This document shows, one piece after another, positions 36,435 to 48,204 of a stretch of DNA of 64,000 nt (its first letter is position 1; the number at the start of each line of letters is the position of its first letter). Made by a program: the position numbers and the translations under genes. The stretch spans positions 17,870 through 81,869 of the forward strand of contig CAZLJP010000003.1 in assembly GCA_964559915.1 (NCBI GenBank). Direction: 5' to 3'. The DNA comes from an uncultured Candidatus Saccharibacteria bacterium (GTDB lineage Bacteria; Patescibacteriota; Saccharimonadia; Saccharimonadales; JALRHH01). The notes under the pieces are model-generated. The model was not told the origin of the DNA. It saw nothing but the letters and a program-made list of their open reading frames with translations, and did no database searches.

Positions 36435-37292
36435 ATGGCAAAGATAAACACAACTGTCCTGATGTCCGGCGCCGAATATTTTGACGACGGCTACGCTATC
36501 AATGCCTACATGGATGCATCAGTGCCGGTGGATGTTGCTGCGGCCATAGCCGAACATACCGCTGTGGCAAAAGCACTAGAAGCCGCCGGCGTAACCGTAA
36601 TTCACACCGAACCGCCCGCAGCCTGCCAAGACGGCGTTTACACCGCCAACTGGGGACTGACACGTGGCAAAAAGGCCATCCTGTCTTCCCTGCCCAACAA
36701 GCGGCAAGCCGAACAACCCTATGCTCGGAGTGCGTTAGAGCAACAAGGTTTTGAGGTGATTGAAGCACCCTACCGCTTTAGTGGCCAGGGCGATGCATTG
36801 CCGTGTGGCAATTATCTGTTCATGGGCAGCCAATACCGCACCGACGTAGAAATGCGCCAGTTTGTGGCAGATACCTTGGGATACGAAGTAATTGGGCTAC
36901 AAACCGTGCCTTATCTAGACAGCCACGGCCGGGCCATCACCAATGATGTAACCGGCTGGCCAGACAGCTTTTTCTACGACATAGACCTAGCTTTGTCTGT
37001 ACTTCGTGAAGATTTAATAGCGTGGTGTCCTGAGGCATTTATGCCAGAAAGCCAAGAAAAATTACATGCCCTGCCCATAGATAAGATTGAGGTCTCGCTC
37101 GAGGAAGCCATGCAGGGATTTGCTTGCAATCTGGTGTCCACTGGCGAAACCGTAATCATGAGTGCTCATGCACCGCTTTTTCAGGCTCAAATAGAGGCCA
37201 AAGGCCTACACACCATCACTCCCAAAATCCACGAGCTCGCCAAAGGCGGTGGCTACATCCGCTGTACTACCCTTACCCTCGACAACGCTTAA
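36435..37292 (+). CDS. Amidinotransferase/DDAH-superfamily protein
   Basis: 285 aa ending GGGYIRCTTLTLDN (catalytic Cys context of the guanidino-modifying superfamily). Confidence 0.7.
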   Translation: MAKINTTVLMSGAEYFDDGYAINAYMDASVPVDVAAAIAEHTAVAKALEAAGVTVIHTEPPAACQDGVYTANWGLTRGKKAILSSLPNKRQAEQPYARSALEQQGFEVIEAPYRFSGQGDALPCGNYLFMGSQYRTDVEMRQFVADTLGYEVIGLQTVPYLDSHGRAITNDVTGWPDSFFYDIDLALSVLREDLIAWCPEAFMPESQEKLHALPIDKIEVSLEEAMQGFACNLVSTGETVIMSAHAPLFQAQIEAKGLHTITPKIHELAKGGGYIRCTTLTLDNA

Positions 37293-37295
37293 GAA

Positions 37296-38327
37296 TTATT
37301 TGTCTTGAGCTCGTTTTGTGGCAATCACTGCTTCAATTGGCTTGTCGTTGTAGCGTTCAATCCTCTGGTCAAAATCATCTGCATCACGGACGGTTGACGG
37401 CAAGAACACAAACTTATGCTCGGCTGCATCCTTGGCTAACATTTTGAGTTCTTTACGGAGTTGCAGCGCATCCTGATCGCCTTTCAGCACGGTGCTAAGG
37501 AAGTGCTTGCCCAAACGCTGGGTCATGCTTGGTGACAAACCAGATTTAGATTCTTCACGGTTACCAACACCGCGGCCCGTCGCGACATCTTCTCTATACC
37601 ACACAGGGATATCGGCGTTGCCAATTGCCCTGCCCTTCATAGTAACGCCACCCATCCAGTGGGCCGCACCCACATATGCAGTTGGGAAGGCACGTTTGAA
37701 GAACTTGCTGGCAATATCAAGAGTCCTACCAGAGGCATAGACTTCGTCAACAATCATAACTGTCTTGCCGTCAAGGTATGACTGAGCTTCGTCTATGTGT
37801 TGACCAAGACCATCTTGTTTATCTTTGGGGCTAACAAACACTGATCGTAGGCTACGAACAACACTTTTACCAACACGGTCAATGTTCATATAGCCAGTAC
37901 CTTCTGGGTCAACTTCGTTAATCCACTGTTCGCGGTCAATGTTCACAAATTTGAAATCCGGCATGTCGGGTACTTCACCATTTTCATCCGCCGCCAACTG
38001 AGGCCATGCTTCTTTGGTGAGCCATGATAGTGGTCGCGCCGATTTATCGAGCCACACCACCACGTCCGGCTTACGAACTACTTTGTTGCCAGTTTCAGGG
38101 TCTGTGACTTCTAAGCCATTGGTCATGAGATGCACTAGTTTATCGGTGTTCGTCATGTACTCTGCTTTTAGCTGCTCGTCAGTTTTGAACGACCCGTTTG
38201 TTCGATGGTGGCCAACGAGCAACCTGTAGGCTGCATCTGGCTGCACATCCTCAATTGGGAAAAGTTCTCCTTGTAATTCATAGGAGATGTCTGGTTGTGG
38301 CTGGGATTGTTCTGAATTGTGAGGCAT
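37296..38327 (-). CDS. Phosphoribosyltransferase-domain protein with a long unknown N-terminal region
   Basis: PRPP-binding motif VMIVDEVYASGRTL. Start tentatively at MPHNSEQ (38327). The ORF track begins at 38363. Confidence 0.6.
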   Translation of the reverse strand: MPHNSEQSQPQPDISYELQGELFPIEDVQPDAAYRLLVGHHRTNGSFKTDEQLKAEYMTNTDKLVHLMTNGLEVTDPETGNKVVRKPDVVVWLDKSARPLSWLTKEAWPQLAADENGEVPDMPDFKFVNIDREQWINEVDPEGTGYMNIDRVGKSVVRSLRSVFVSPKDKQDGLGQHIDEAQSYLDGKTVMIVDEVYASGRTLDIASKFFKRAFPTAYVGAAHWMGGVTMKGRAIGNADIPVWYREDVATGRGVGNREESKSGLSPSMTQRLGKHFLSTVLKGDQDALQLRKELKMLAKDAAEHKFVFLPSTVRDADDFDQRIERYNDKPIEAVIATKRAQDK

Positions 38328-38389
38328 GGTTTTTGTTTTAATACCTAACATAAACATTAGCATAATATTGCTAATTTAGCAAGTATTAT

Positions 38390-39691
38390 TTACTGTTGGT
38401 TTATCTGAAGAGCGTTGTGGGCGGTGGCGATTTCGTCCCACGGGTTTTCACCGTTAGCACGTTCTATGGTTTTTTCGTGGCCCTTGCCTAGTAGTAAAAC
38501 GGTGTCGCCTGCTTTTGCACGGTTGATGGCGAACTGGATGGCTTCCGTACGGTCATGGACCAAGAACAAGTCCGTGCCTTGAACCTTGCCCGCCGTTTCT
38601 GCGCCACCAGCAATCTGATTCATAATTTCTATGCCATCGATATCGCGGTCATCTTCCTCTGTTAGCACCACCTCATCGGCGTATTGGCCGGCCAGTTTAC
38701 CCTGCACTGCTCGCTTGGCTTCGTCGCGGCGGCCGGCGCTGCCAAACATGACAATTAGCTTACCTTTGACGACCGGACGCAAATCTTTGAACAGCTTTTC
38801 GAAGCTGTCTGGCGTATGTGCAAAATCTACAATCACATCAAAATCTTGACCCTCATCAATACGTGTCATACGACCTTCTACCGCTGGTAATGCGGCGATT
38901 CCCTGCTCTACTTGTGCTTTGCTTAGCCCCAGCGTGTGTCCCACAGCCACGACCGCCAAAGAGTTAGACACGTTGAAACTGCCCGGGATGTTGCATGTTA
39001 TGTCGTACGTCACTTTGTCGGTTACGGCCTGGTACTTGCTGCCGGCTGGTGTCAGCTCCACGTTCCGAGCCACCACATGGCCAGTTTTGAGCCCATAACC
39101 TACGGCATGTACTACATCGCTCGAGAACAGCCGAACGCTCTCATCATCAGTGTTTACGATACCGGTGCGGAGGCCCTTCTTGTTTTTGTTGGCTAGCTTG
39201 AATAGCTTGCGTTTGGCGTCACGATAATGCTCGAATGTGCCGTGAAAATCCAAGTGCTCGTGGGTGACATTAGTCATGACGGCCACGCTATATGGCACGC
39301 CCCAGACACGGTTCTGTGCCAAGGCATGACTGGTCGTTTCGAGCACCAGCCACTCTGCGCCCTGCTTCTTCATCCATTGCAGACGTGCCATTAACTCTGG
39401 TACGGGTACGTTGGTCATGTGGTGAATCTGCGGCCGAATATCATCATTTACACCATATGCAACGGTGGTCATGAGTCCCACATTGTAACCGGCCTCTCGC
39501 AGCATACGATGAATCATATAGCTGGTAGTGGTCTTGCCATTGGTACCAGTGACCCCTATGACCTTGAACTTACGGCCCGGGAATCCGTAGACGATGTTAT
39601 ATAGGATTGCTTCAACCAAGTGACCAACCGGTTCAATCTTTCGGAAAAGAGACATCGGAAGAAGAGACTTAACAATCTTTCGGATATTCAT
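38390..39691 (-). CDS. Mur ligase (MurE-family UDP-MurNAc-tripeptide synthetase-like)
   Basis: GVTGTNGKTTT P-loop and C-terminal GKGHE. Start moved to MNIRKIV (39691), because the 73-codon upstream extension overlaps tsaD on the other strand. Confidence 0.8.
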   Translation of the reverse strand: MNIRKIVKSLLPMSLFRKIEPVGHLVEAILYNIVYGFPGRKFKVIGVTGTNGKTTTSYMIHRMLREAGYNVGLMTTVAYGVNDDIRPQIHHMTNVPVPELMARLQWMKKQGAEWLVLETTSHALAQNRVWGVPYSVAVMTNVTHEHLDFHGTFEHYRDAKRKLFKLANKNKKGLRTGIVNTDDESVRLFSSDVVHAVGYGLKTGHVVARNVELTPAGSKYQAVTDKVTYDITCNIPGSFNVSNSLAVVAVGHTLGLSKAQVEQGIAALPAVEGRMTRIDEGQDFDVIVDFAHTPDSFEKLFKDLRPVVKGKLIVMFGSAGRRDEAKRAVQGKLAGQYADEVVLTEEDDRDIDGIEIMNQIAGGAETAGKVQGTDLFLVHDRTEAIQFAINRAKAGDTVLLLGKGHEKTIERANGENPWDEIATAHNALQINQQ

Positions 39692-39699
39692 GCGTCTAG

Positions 39700-39705
39700 T
39701 ATACT
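39700..39705 (+). promoter_or_regulatory. -10 box for tsaD (near-leaderless layout)
   Basis: TATACT ends 10 nt before the tsaD ATG. No SD in between. Confidence 0.4.
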
Positions 39706-39715
39706 GTAATCTGTT

Positions 39716-40777
39716 ATGAAAATACTGGGTATTGAGACTAGTTGTGATGAAACCGCTGCTGCGGTGGTACAAGACGGCAAAAAGCTGCTGTCTAATGTGG
39801 TGTTGTCCAGTATGGATTTGCACGCAGCCTACGGCGGCGTAGTGCCAGAGATTGCAGCACGCAGTCATATCGAGGCCATCACCCCTGTTATAAACCAGGC
39901 TCTGGAGCAAGCCAACTGTACCTGGGACGATATTGATGCAATAGCGGTGACCTATGGCGCCGGCTTAGGTGGTTCCCTGCTGGTGGGAGTTTTGACGGCT
40001 CGAACTTTAGCAATTATGAAAGATAAACCCCTATACGCTGTGAATCATGTAGAAGGCCATATCTATGTCAATTTCTTGACCGAGACTTCTCTGCCTAACT
40101 ACACACTACCCGCTAAGGCGCCAGAATTCCCTCTGTTGGGGCTGATTGTATCTGGTGGGCACAGTCAATTGGTGCTGTGGCGTAATCATTTTGATTACAC
40201 CCTGCTGGGGCAAACACATGACGATGCCATTGGCGAAGCCTTTGATAAGGTGGCGAAAATCCTCGGCCTGCCCTATCCTGGGGGCCCATCAGTTAGTAAA
40301 AAGGCGCTCGAGGGTGACCCACATGCATATGAGTTTCCGAAATCAAAAATGCAGAACAAATACGATTACAGCTTCAGCGGCGTTAAAACAGCCGTTTTGC
40401 GCACCGCACAGGCGGCAATCGGTGAGAATCACGCATTTCCCTCTTACGGGCTGTCGGAGCGCCTCTCTGAGGCCCAGAAGGCCAACATTGCTGCTAGCTT
40501 CCAGCGCGTAGCCGTAGAAACCGTCATAGATAAAACAGTTCAGGCATTTGAAGAATTCCAGCCTAAGAGCGTCGTCATTGGTGGTGGCGTAGCAGCCAGC
40601 CCAGAGTTGCGCCGCCAATTGGCAGAGCGCTTGCCTATCGAAATTCTGTATACCGACCCCAAGCTCTGCACCGATAACGGCGCTATGATTGCCACATTAG
40701 GAAGTTTTCACGCCCTGCACAAGCAACCCACAGCCGACCCCTACACCCTCGACATCGCCCCCAGTCTCTCTATGTAA
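39716..40777 (+). CDS. tsaD: tRNA N6-adenosine threonylcarbamoyltransferase
   Basis: GIETSCDETAAAV N-terminus, HVEGHI metal site, 353 aa. Confidence 0.9.
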   Translation: MKILGIETSCDETAAAVVQDGKKLLSNVVLSSMDLHAAYGGVVPEIAARSHIEAITPVINQALEQANCTWDDIDAIAVTYGAGLGGSLLVGVLTARTLAIMKDKPLYAVNHVEGHIYVNFLTETSLPNYTLPAKAPEFPLLGLIVSGGHSQLVLWRNHFDYTLLGQTHDDAIGEAFDKVAKILGLPYPGGPSVSKKALEGDPHAYEFPKSKMQNKYDYSFSGVKTAVLRTAQAAIGENHAFPSYGLSERLSEAQKANIAASFQRVAVETVIDKTVQAFEEFQPKSVVIGGGVAASPELRRQLAERLPIEILYTDPKLCTDNGAMIATLGSFHALHKQPTADPYTLDIAPSLSM

Positions 40778-40805
40778 ATAACCATTTGTGCCTCTGTTAA
40801 TTGGA

Positions 40806-40814
40806 TGCTATACT
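40806..40814 (+). promoter_or_regulatory. Extended -10 promoter for the valS leader
   Basis: TGCTATACT about 180 nt upstream of the valS ATG. Confidence 0.4.
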
Positions 40815-40896
40815 GCTTATGAAAACAAACAGTTTCATCGGCCGGTGGGCTAGTACCTTTGAAACAAAAGTATCAGTTTGGAGAATTTGCAGAAAA

Positions 40897-40912
40897 GCTT
40901 TCACGTGAAAGC
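40897..40912 (+). terminator. Palindromic hairpin in the valS leader (candidate attenuator)
   Basis: GCTTTCAC/GTGAAAGC perfect 8-bp arms followed by CCTTGTGTTTATTTG. Confidence 0.3.
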
Positions 40913-40996
40913 CCTTGTGTTTATTTGCCAAATTTCATGTGAAAACCATAAGCCTTACTCTGTGCCTATCAGAGGTGATATACTGTTTGAGTATTT

Positions 40997-43550
<2,554 letters not shown>

Positions 43551-43558
<8 letters not shown>

Positions 43559-44306
43559 CGTCACGGCGGGTAAACAAGAGGCAGGCTATAAGCCCGAAGA
43601 CGCCAAGGTACCCCAGTGTCACGAGGAATGCTGTCATATGCGAGAGGTTCGGTGAGCCTGGAATAGTCTCTGCAACTTGGGTAGATGAGATTGCATCAAG
43701 CGCGCGGAAGGGCAGGTACCGAGTGTTACCCTTGAGCAGCAGCGACAAAATATTCTCTATTGTAGGGATTAGGAAGAACGCCACAATTGAGCCAACTAGA
43801 CCCCTAATAATAACTGCCAAGATAATACCGGTCAGGGCATAGCCCCAGATGTAGGCGAGCCACTGTGGGCCCAGAATACTCAAATCAAAGTTCTGTGGAA
43901 CCAGAGTTATATCCTTGAGAGACAGGCCAAGCTTAGTGCCAAAATAAGTCAGCGTAACGACTGCTGTACCCATAACTGCAGCATACGCGAGTGCAACGAC
44001 CACCTTGGTGGCGAGCACGCGCAAGCGGCTGCGTGCAGCCGTCAGGCTATAGAGAATCATATTGTAGCGATATTCATGCGCCACGATTAGAATCGCTGTA
44101 ATGGTAGCAAAGATAGCAAAGGTACCAAGCATGCTATAGATAACTTGACTCATGAAATTGGCATCAGTTGGAATACCCGCAGCCTGTTTGTACCCAAACA
44201 CGTAGACCGAGAAAAAGGCTACTACGAGCAGTACAAAACCGCTAACAAAGTAGGTAGAACGGATGGTCAATAGCTTGCGGAATTCGGATTTAAGGGTTGT
44301 TATCAT
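43551..44306 (-). CDS. ABC-2 type transporter permease
   Basis: 251 aa with six hydrophobic helices. 4-nt overlap with the upstream ATPase gene. Confidence 0.7.
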
Positions 44307-45205
44307 GACTGAGCGCCCCCTTTATACTCTTGACTATCGGCTGTCACTTCCAGGAAAGCATCCTCGAGCGACACTGTCTGATTGGCCAGTTCCAACAAAG
44401 GTGCACCTGCCGCAAAAGCTAGTTTGCCCACCTCATCAGTTGTGGCACCGTGGACCTTAAGGCCACCCTCGTGTTTTTCAGTCTCGAAGTGTGCTTTCAG
44501 GGCTTTCTCGAGTGCGCTCAGCTTGCTACTGCGCACAAACACGCCTGTACCAGAAGCTGCATCAACAAAATCTTTGACAGTGCCATCAGTAATCAGCTTG
44601 CCCTTACCAATTACTACCAGATTATCTGCCATCAGCGCCATTTCTGTGAGTAGGTGACTAGAGACAAACACCCCGTTACCTTCGTTGGCGTAATCTTTCA
44701 GGAATTGACGTAGCCAATGGATGCCTTCGGGGTCAAGACCATTGGCGGGTTCGTCTAACATTAGGTACTTTGGCTTACCCAAAATGGCCGCTGCAATACC
44801 CAATCGCTGACTCATGCCAAGGCTAAATTTGCCTGGTTTTTTACCAGCTACGTCAGATAAGCCTACAATTTCTAGCACTTCGTTCACGCGACTAGCGGGA
44901 ATGCCGCCAGCATCTGCCAACACCTTGAGGTGATTACGGGCAGAGCGTGTAGGGTGAAATGCCTTAGCTTCCAGCAAAATTCCAACCGTTTTTGATGGAT
45001 ATGGGTGCTTGCTGAGCGGTTTACCATCAAAATGAGTGGTGCCCTTGCCGTTATCAAGACCCAGCATCAGACGCATAGTAGTGGATTTACCAGCACCGTT
45101 CGGGCCCAAAAAGCCAGTCACTTTGCCAGTTTCCACCGTAAACGACAGGTTATCAACCGCTGTCTTTTTCTTGTATGTCTTGGTTAGGTTCCGTGCCTCA
45201 ATCAT
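44303..45205 (-). CDS. ABC transporter ATP-binding protein (ABC-2 exporter type)
   Basis: GPNGAGKST, LSLGMSQRLGIA, LMLDEP. Confidence 0.9.
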   Translation of the reverse strand: MIEARNLTKTYKKKTAVDNLSFTVETGKVTGFLGPNGAGKSTTMRLMLGLDNGKGTTHFDGKPLSKHPYPSKTVGILLEAKAFHPTRSARNHLKVLADAGGIPASRVNEVLEIVGLSDVAGKKPGKFSLGMSQRLGIAAAILGKPKYLMLDEPANGLDPEGIHWLRQFLKDYANEGNGVFVSSHLLTEMALMADNLVVIGKGKLITDGTVKDFVDAASGTGVFVRSSKLSALEKALKAHFETEKHEGGLKVHGATTDEVGKLAFAAGAPLLELANQTVSLEDAFLEVTADSQEYKGGAQS

Positions 45206-45224
45206 ATGAATCTAGTATACAGTG

Positions 45225-46070
45225 TTAGGCTTCGGGCTCTAATGCCTCACGGATACGCTTGGTGCTTTCATCTGGACGATAATCATCAAACCACAGCACT
45301 TTCCAGCCCAAACGCTCGGCTGCCATGAGGTTAGGGCGTGAGTCATCAATCAATAAAATTTCGTGTGGCTCTACGCCGGCACGCTGTGCAGCAATTTGGA
45401 AAATCTTTTCCTCTGGCTTGATGGCATTTACTACTGATGAATCAATAATTTGGTCGTAGGCAACACGGGGCAGAGCACCCTCGGCAATCATGCGGTCAAT
45501 AAAGCCGGGCATGATATTGCTCAACAAGCCAACTTGGTAATTTTCAGCAGCCCAGACTAGTAATTCCTGTACATCTTTCAGCACATCAATTGCTTCAAAA
45601 TAATAGTTTTGCCAATCGACTGATTCGACTTCTAGTTTATCGGCCAAGGCCTGGTTAAACTGGGGCATCGTCATGTCACCCCTGCAAATAGCATCATTAA
45701 AATGCCAGAATGCTGTCTCTATAACATCGGCGGATTTGCCGGTATCCTTGGCCAGTTGGGTAAAGCCGCGGCTGAAAAATCGCACCAAACACCCGTTGAT
45801 ATCAAAATAGACAAACCGGATGCCGTTTTTAGAACGTCTTTTGGCAGCTTTGGCAGCAGTGGGTGGCTCGCCCACCAAATCGGCGAGCGAAGTATTTAGT
45901 GCGCCGGCAATACTCTGAATCGTAAAGATTGAGGGTGCCTTGATAGCACCACGTTCAATTTTGGCGAGTGTAGAGTAGCTCAAACCTGCACGTTGGCACA
46001 GTTCTTGCTGTGTTAAACCGGCTTTTTTGCGCGCCTGCTGTAATAGTTGGCCTAATCCCACCTCATCCAT
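45225..46070 (-). CDS. XRE-type HTH domain fused to a HAD-like hydrolase domain
   Basis: N-terminus LGQLLQQARKKAGLTQQELCQRAGLSYSTLAKIERG. C-terminus has HAD-like YFDINGCLV and LLIDDSRPN. Confidence 0.7.
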   Translation of the reverse strand: MDEVGLGQLLQQARKKAGLTQQELCQRAGLSYSTLAKIERGAIKAPSIFTIQSIAGALNTSLADLVGEPPTAAKAAKRRSKNGIRFVYFDINGCLVRFFSRGFTQLAKDTGKSADVIETAFWHFNDAICRGDMTMPQFNQALADKLEVESVDWQNYYFEAIDVLKDVQELLVWAAENYQVGLLSNIMPGFIDRMIAEGALPRVAYDQIIDSSVVNAIKPEEKIFQIAAQRAGVEPHEILLIDDSRPNLMAAERLGWKVLWFDDYRPDESTKRIREALEPEA

Positions 46071-46143
46071 ATAGACCGTATGATACCTGTTTTAGGGGCA
46101 AAAACCAAGGGTAACTAGTATGAAGAGGCTACCTCAAAGGCTT

Positions 46144-46215
46144 CCCATGCCACTCACACTTGGCGGGTCATGGGCTCCGCCTATGAGCAGATCAAGCTGG
46201 TGTGAGCGGCATGGG
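46144..46215 (-). other. 16-bp stem / 40-nt loop immediately downstream of the small membrane ORF
   Basis: CCCATGCCACTCACAC (46144-46159) versus GTGTGAGCGGCATGGG (46200-46215). One position becomes G-U in the minus-strand RNA. Confidence 0.45.
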
Positions 46216-46217
46216 GG

Positions 46218-46391
46218 TTATTCGGGGATAAAACTCAGTAGAATCAGCGCGACAATCAGAATCGCGACGCCAGCTATGGCACCCATGGTCAGGGCTGTTT
46301 GTGTGTTCCCGCCGGTGGTACGATTGGTCTTGGCATAAATCCAGGTACCACCGCCGCCAGCAAGTAATAAAGCAATAAAGAATGATGACAT
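46218..46391 (-). CDS. Small two-helix membrane protein (57 aa), missed by the ORF track
   Basis: MSSFFIALLLAGGGGTWIYAKTNRTTGGNTQTALTMGAIAGVAILIVALILLSFIPE. More protein-like than the listed 71-aa ORF 46192-46407 in another frame. Confidence 0.45.
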   Translation of the reverse strand: MSSFFIALLLAGGGGTWIYAKTNRTTGGNTQTALTMGAIAGVAILIVALILLSFIPE

Positions 46392-46452
46392 GGCAGTATG
46401 GTATCACCCTTGCTGGTTAACGCGCTAGGGCTATATAGGATACAATGATGCC

Positions 46453-47463
46453 ATGAATTTCTTACGCAGAACTATCTATCATGGGGCGGGGGCTTTCTTT
46501 ACTAGCCTACTGGCAATAACACCGTTTGTATTCGCAATAGCAATGACGCTAGGTAACTCTGGCACCATTCAGAACATCATAAAAGCAAGTGGGGCATATC
46601 AACAATATCCACAAATCGCCCTGGAACATGCCGTAAAAGAGACAAAAGATCCAGGCAGCAAACAGGTCCTGAGCGACCCGGCTGCTCAGAAGGCAATTAC
46701 CAGCGCACTGCCAGAAGATTTGCTGGAAAAATCCGTTGGATCATTTATTGATGGTCTGTATGGTTGGCTAGAGGGCAAGACCGCAGAGCCACAGTTCACA
46801 ATAGATTTGAGCCAAGCCAAGCAGGGTATTGCCACCAATCTAGCAGCGTATGCGGAGAAACGTGCAGCCAGTTTGCCGCCTTGTTCACTTGCGCAGTTGC
46901 GGGCACTAGGACAGAACATCGATCCACTCAGTTTGCCATGTTTACCGCCAAATGTGAGTCAGCAGCAAGTCGGTCAGCAGGTCAGCCAGCAATTGACGAG
47001 TAATACTGGTTTTATTGAGCACCCTGTGATTAGCAATGACACCATCAAGCAAGCAAATGATGGCAAATCATTTGTGGCTGACCTTGATTCTGTACCAAAG
47101 GCATATCGAATTGTTCAGGCTAGTAAATGGGTGCTACTTGTACTAATTGTAGGGCTGGGTGCTGCTCTGGTGTTTGCTCGCAAGAATCGCTTGGCGGGCT
47201 TACGGCATGTTGGCTTATCGCTAATTCTGACAGGGGCGTTTTTGACGCTAGCCCTCGTAGCATTTTGGCTGTTTTTCAATCAGCTCAGCACCAACAGCCT
47301 ACATCCCGACGCAACCGAACAGATTGCTTTCAAGGGTGGAAAGGCACTTGTTTCAAGCCTGGATAAGATTGTGGCAATCTTTACTGCCAGCTACGTGGTG
47401 GGTGGTGCAGGGCTGCTTGTCTGGCTACACAAACTCGGCGGCGGCATCCGCCCCACCAAGTAG
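46453..47463 (+). CDS. Hypothetical membrane protein (336 aa)
   Basis: N-terminal TM, large polar domain, C-terminal cluster of TM helices. Confidence 0.55.
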   Translation: MNFLRRTIYHGAGAFFTSLLAITPFVFAIAMTLGNSGTIQNIIKASGAYQQYPQIALEHAVKETKDPGSKQVLSDPAAQKAITSALPEDLLEKSVGSFIDGLYGWLEGKTAEPQFTIDLSQAKQGIATNLAAYAEKRAASLPPCSLAQLRALGQNIDPLSLPCLPPNVSQQQVGQQVSQQLTSNTGFIEHPVISNDTIKQANDGKSFVADLDSVPKAYRIVQASKWVLLVLIVGLGAALVFARKNRLAGLRHVGLSLILTGAFLTLALVAFWLFFNQLSTNSLHPDATEQIAFKGGKALVSSLDKIVAIFTASYVVGGAGLLVWLHKLGGGIRPTK

Positions 47464-47481
47464 TTGGTACAATATTGGCAA

Positions 47482-47569
<88 letters not shown>

Positions 47570-47589
47570 ATCATAGCCTAACCGTAATA

Positions 47590-47618
47590 TTGACATTTAA
47601 CAAAGCTTATGCTAATAT
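47590..47618 (+). promoter_or_regulatory. Strong sigma-70 promoter, near-leaderless layout
   Basis: TTGACA, 17 nt, TAATAT, then 9 nt to the GTG at 47628 with no SD. Confidence 0.55.
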
Positions 47619-47627
47619 ATAAATATC

Positions 47628-48185
47628 GTGTCAGAAGCAAACAACTACAATCCAAACCAAGTACCACTCTTAGAAAGTTACACAGCACTACCAATTGAAG
47701 TGTTGCCAGAGAGGGCCCAAGAAGTTGGCAATTACTTCAATCAGATACTTGATGACTATGGTAAGTATACTGACCTGCGCATCGTAGGCCGAACCTATAA
47801 AGTCCGTCACCAGTCTGGCCGACAAGCAGAATTTACTACTGGTGATACAAAATTAATAGTCAGTAAGTTTGACAATCCTGATTTTGCCCCAGAAACCGTG
47901 GCAACAATATTTGAACTCAATAAAGAAAACAAGTGGTCTTGGGATAAAGAGCATACATTTACGTATAACCGAAAAAATAAACGCCAGCTTGATTATAGGC
48001 GAGGCAACATCTTGTCATACATACCTGGTGAGTGGCCACTTGAGAACCCTGGTGCTGAAGGCATGGAAGATATGCTCGGCTCATTCTTACAAGAAGCCAA
48101 TCAAATCATCGAGAAATCCAGACATCCTCAACAAAAAGTTCGTGCGATTGGTCGCCGACTTGTTAATTTTGCACGGAAAATTTAG
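47628..48185 (+). CDS. Hypothetical protein (185 aa, GTG start)
   Basis: Intact ORF behind a canonical promoter. No motif recognised. Confidence 0.5.
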   Translation: MSEANNYNPNQVPLLESYTALPIEVLPERAQEVGNYFNQILDDYGKYTDLRIVGRTYKVRHQSGRQAEFTTGDTKLIVSKFDNPDFAPETVATIFELNKENKWSWDKEHTFTYNRKNKRQLDYRRGNILSYIPGEWPLENPGAEGMEDMLGSFLQEANQIIEKSRHPQQKVRAIGRRLVNFARKI

Positions 48186-48204
48186 AGTAACTCCACTCTT
48201 TGAA

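Noticed and set aside
39692-39910. A 73-codon N-terminal extension of the Mur ligase ORF (track start 39910) that would overlap tsaD on the opposite strand.
   Set aside because: The extension is Cys/His/Gln-rich nonsense-like sequence. The ligase-like sequence begins at MNIRKIV (39691), leaving a normal 24-nt divergent gap containing the tsaD -10 box.
40840-40857. Possible T-box sequence (GGCCGGTGGGCTAGTACC) in the valS leader.
   Set aside because: It matches the T-box consensus (AGGGUGGNACCGCG) only loosely, and I could not identify stem I features or a specifier loop by eye. Reported only as an unclassified leader.
46192-46407. A 71-aa minus-strand ORF (MIPYCHVIILYCF...).
   Set aside because: The composition (Cys/His/Arg/Trp-rich) is implausible. 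An alternative frame gives a clean 57-aa two-helix membrane protein.
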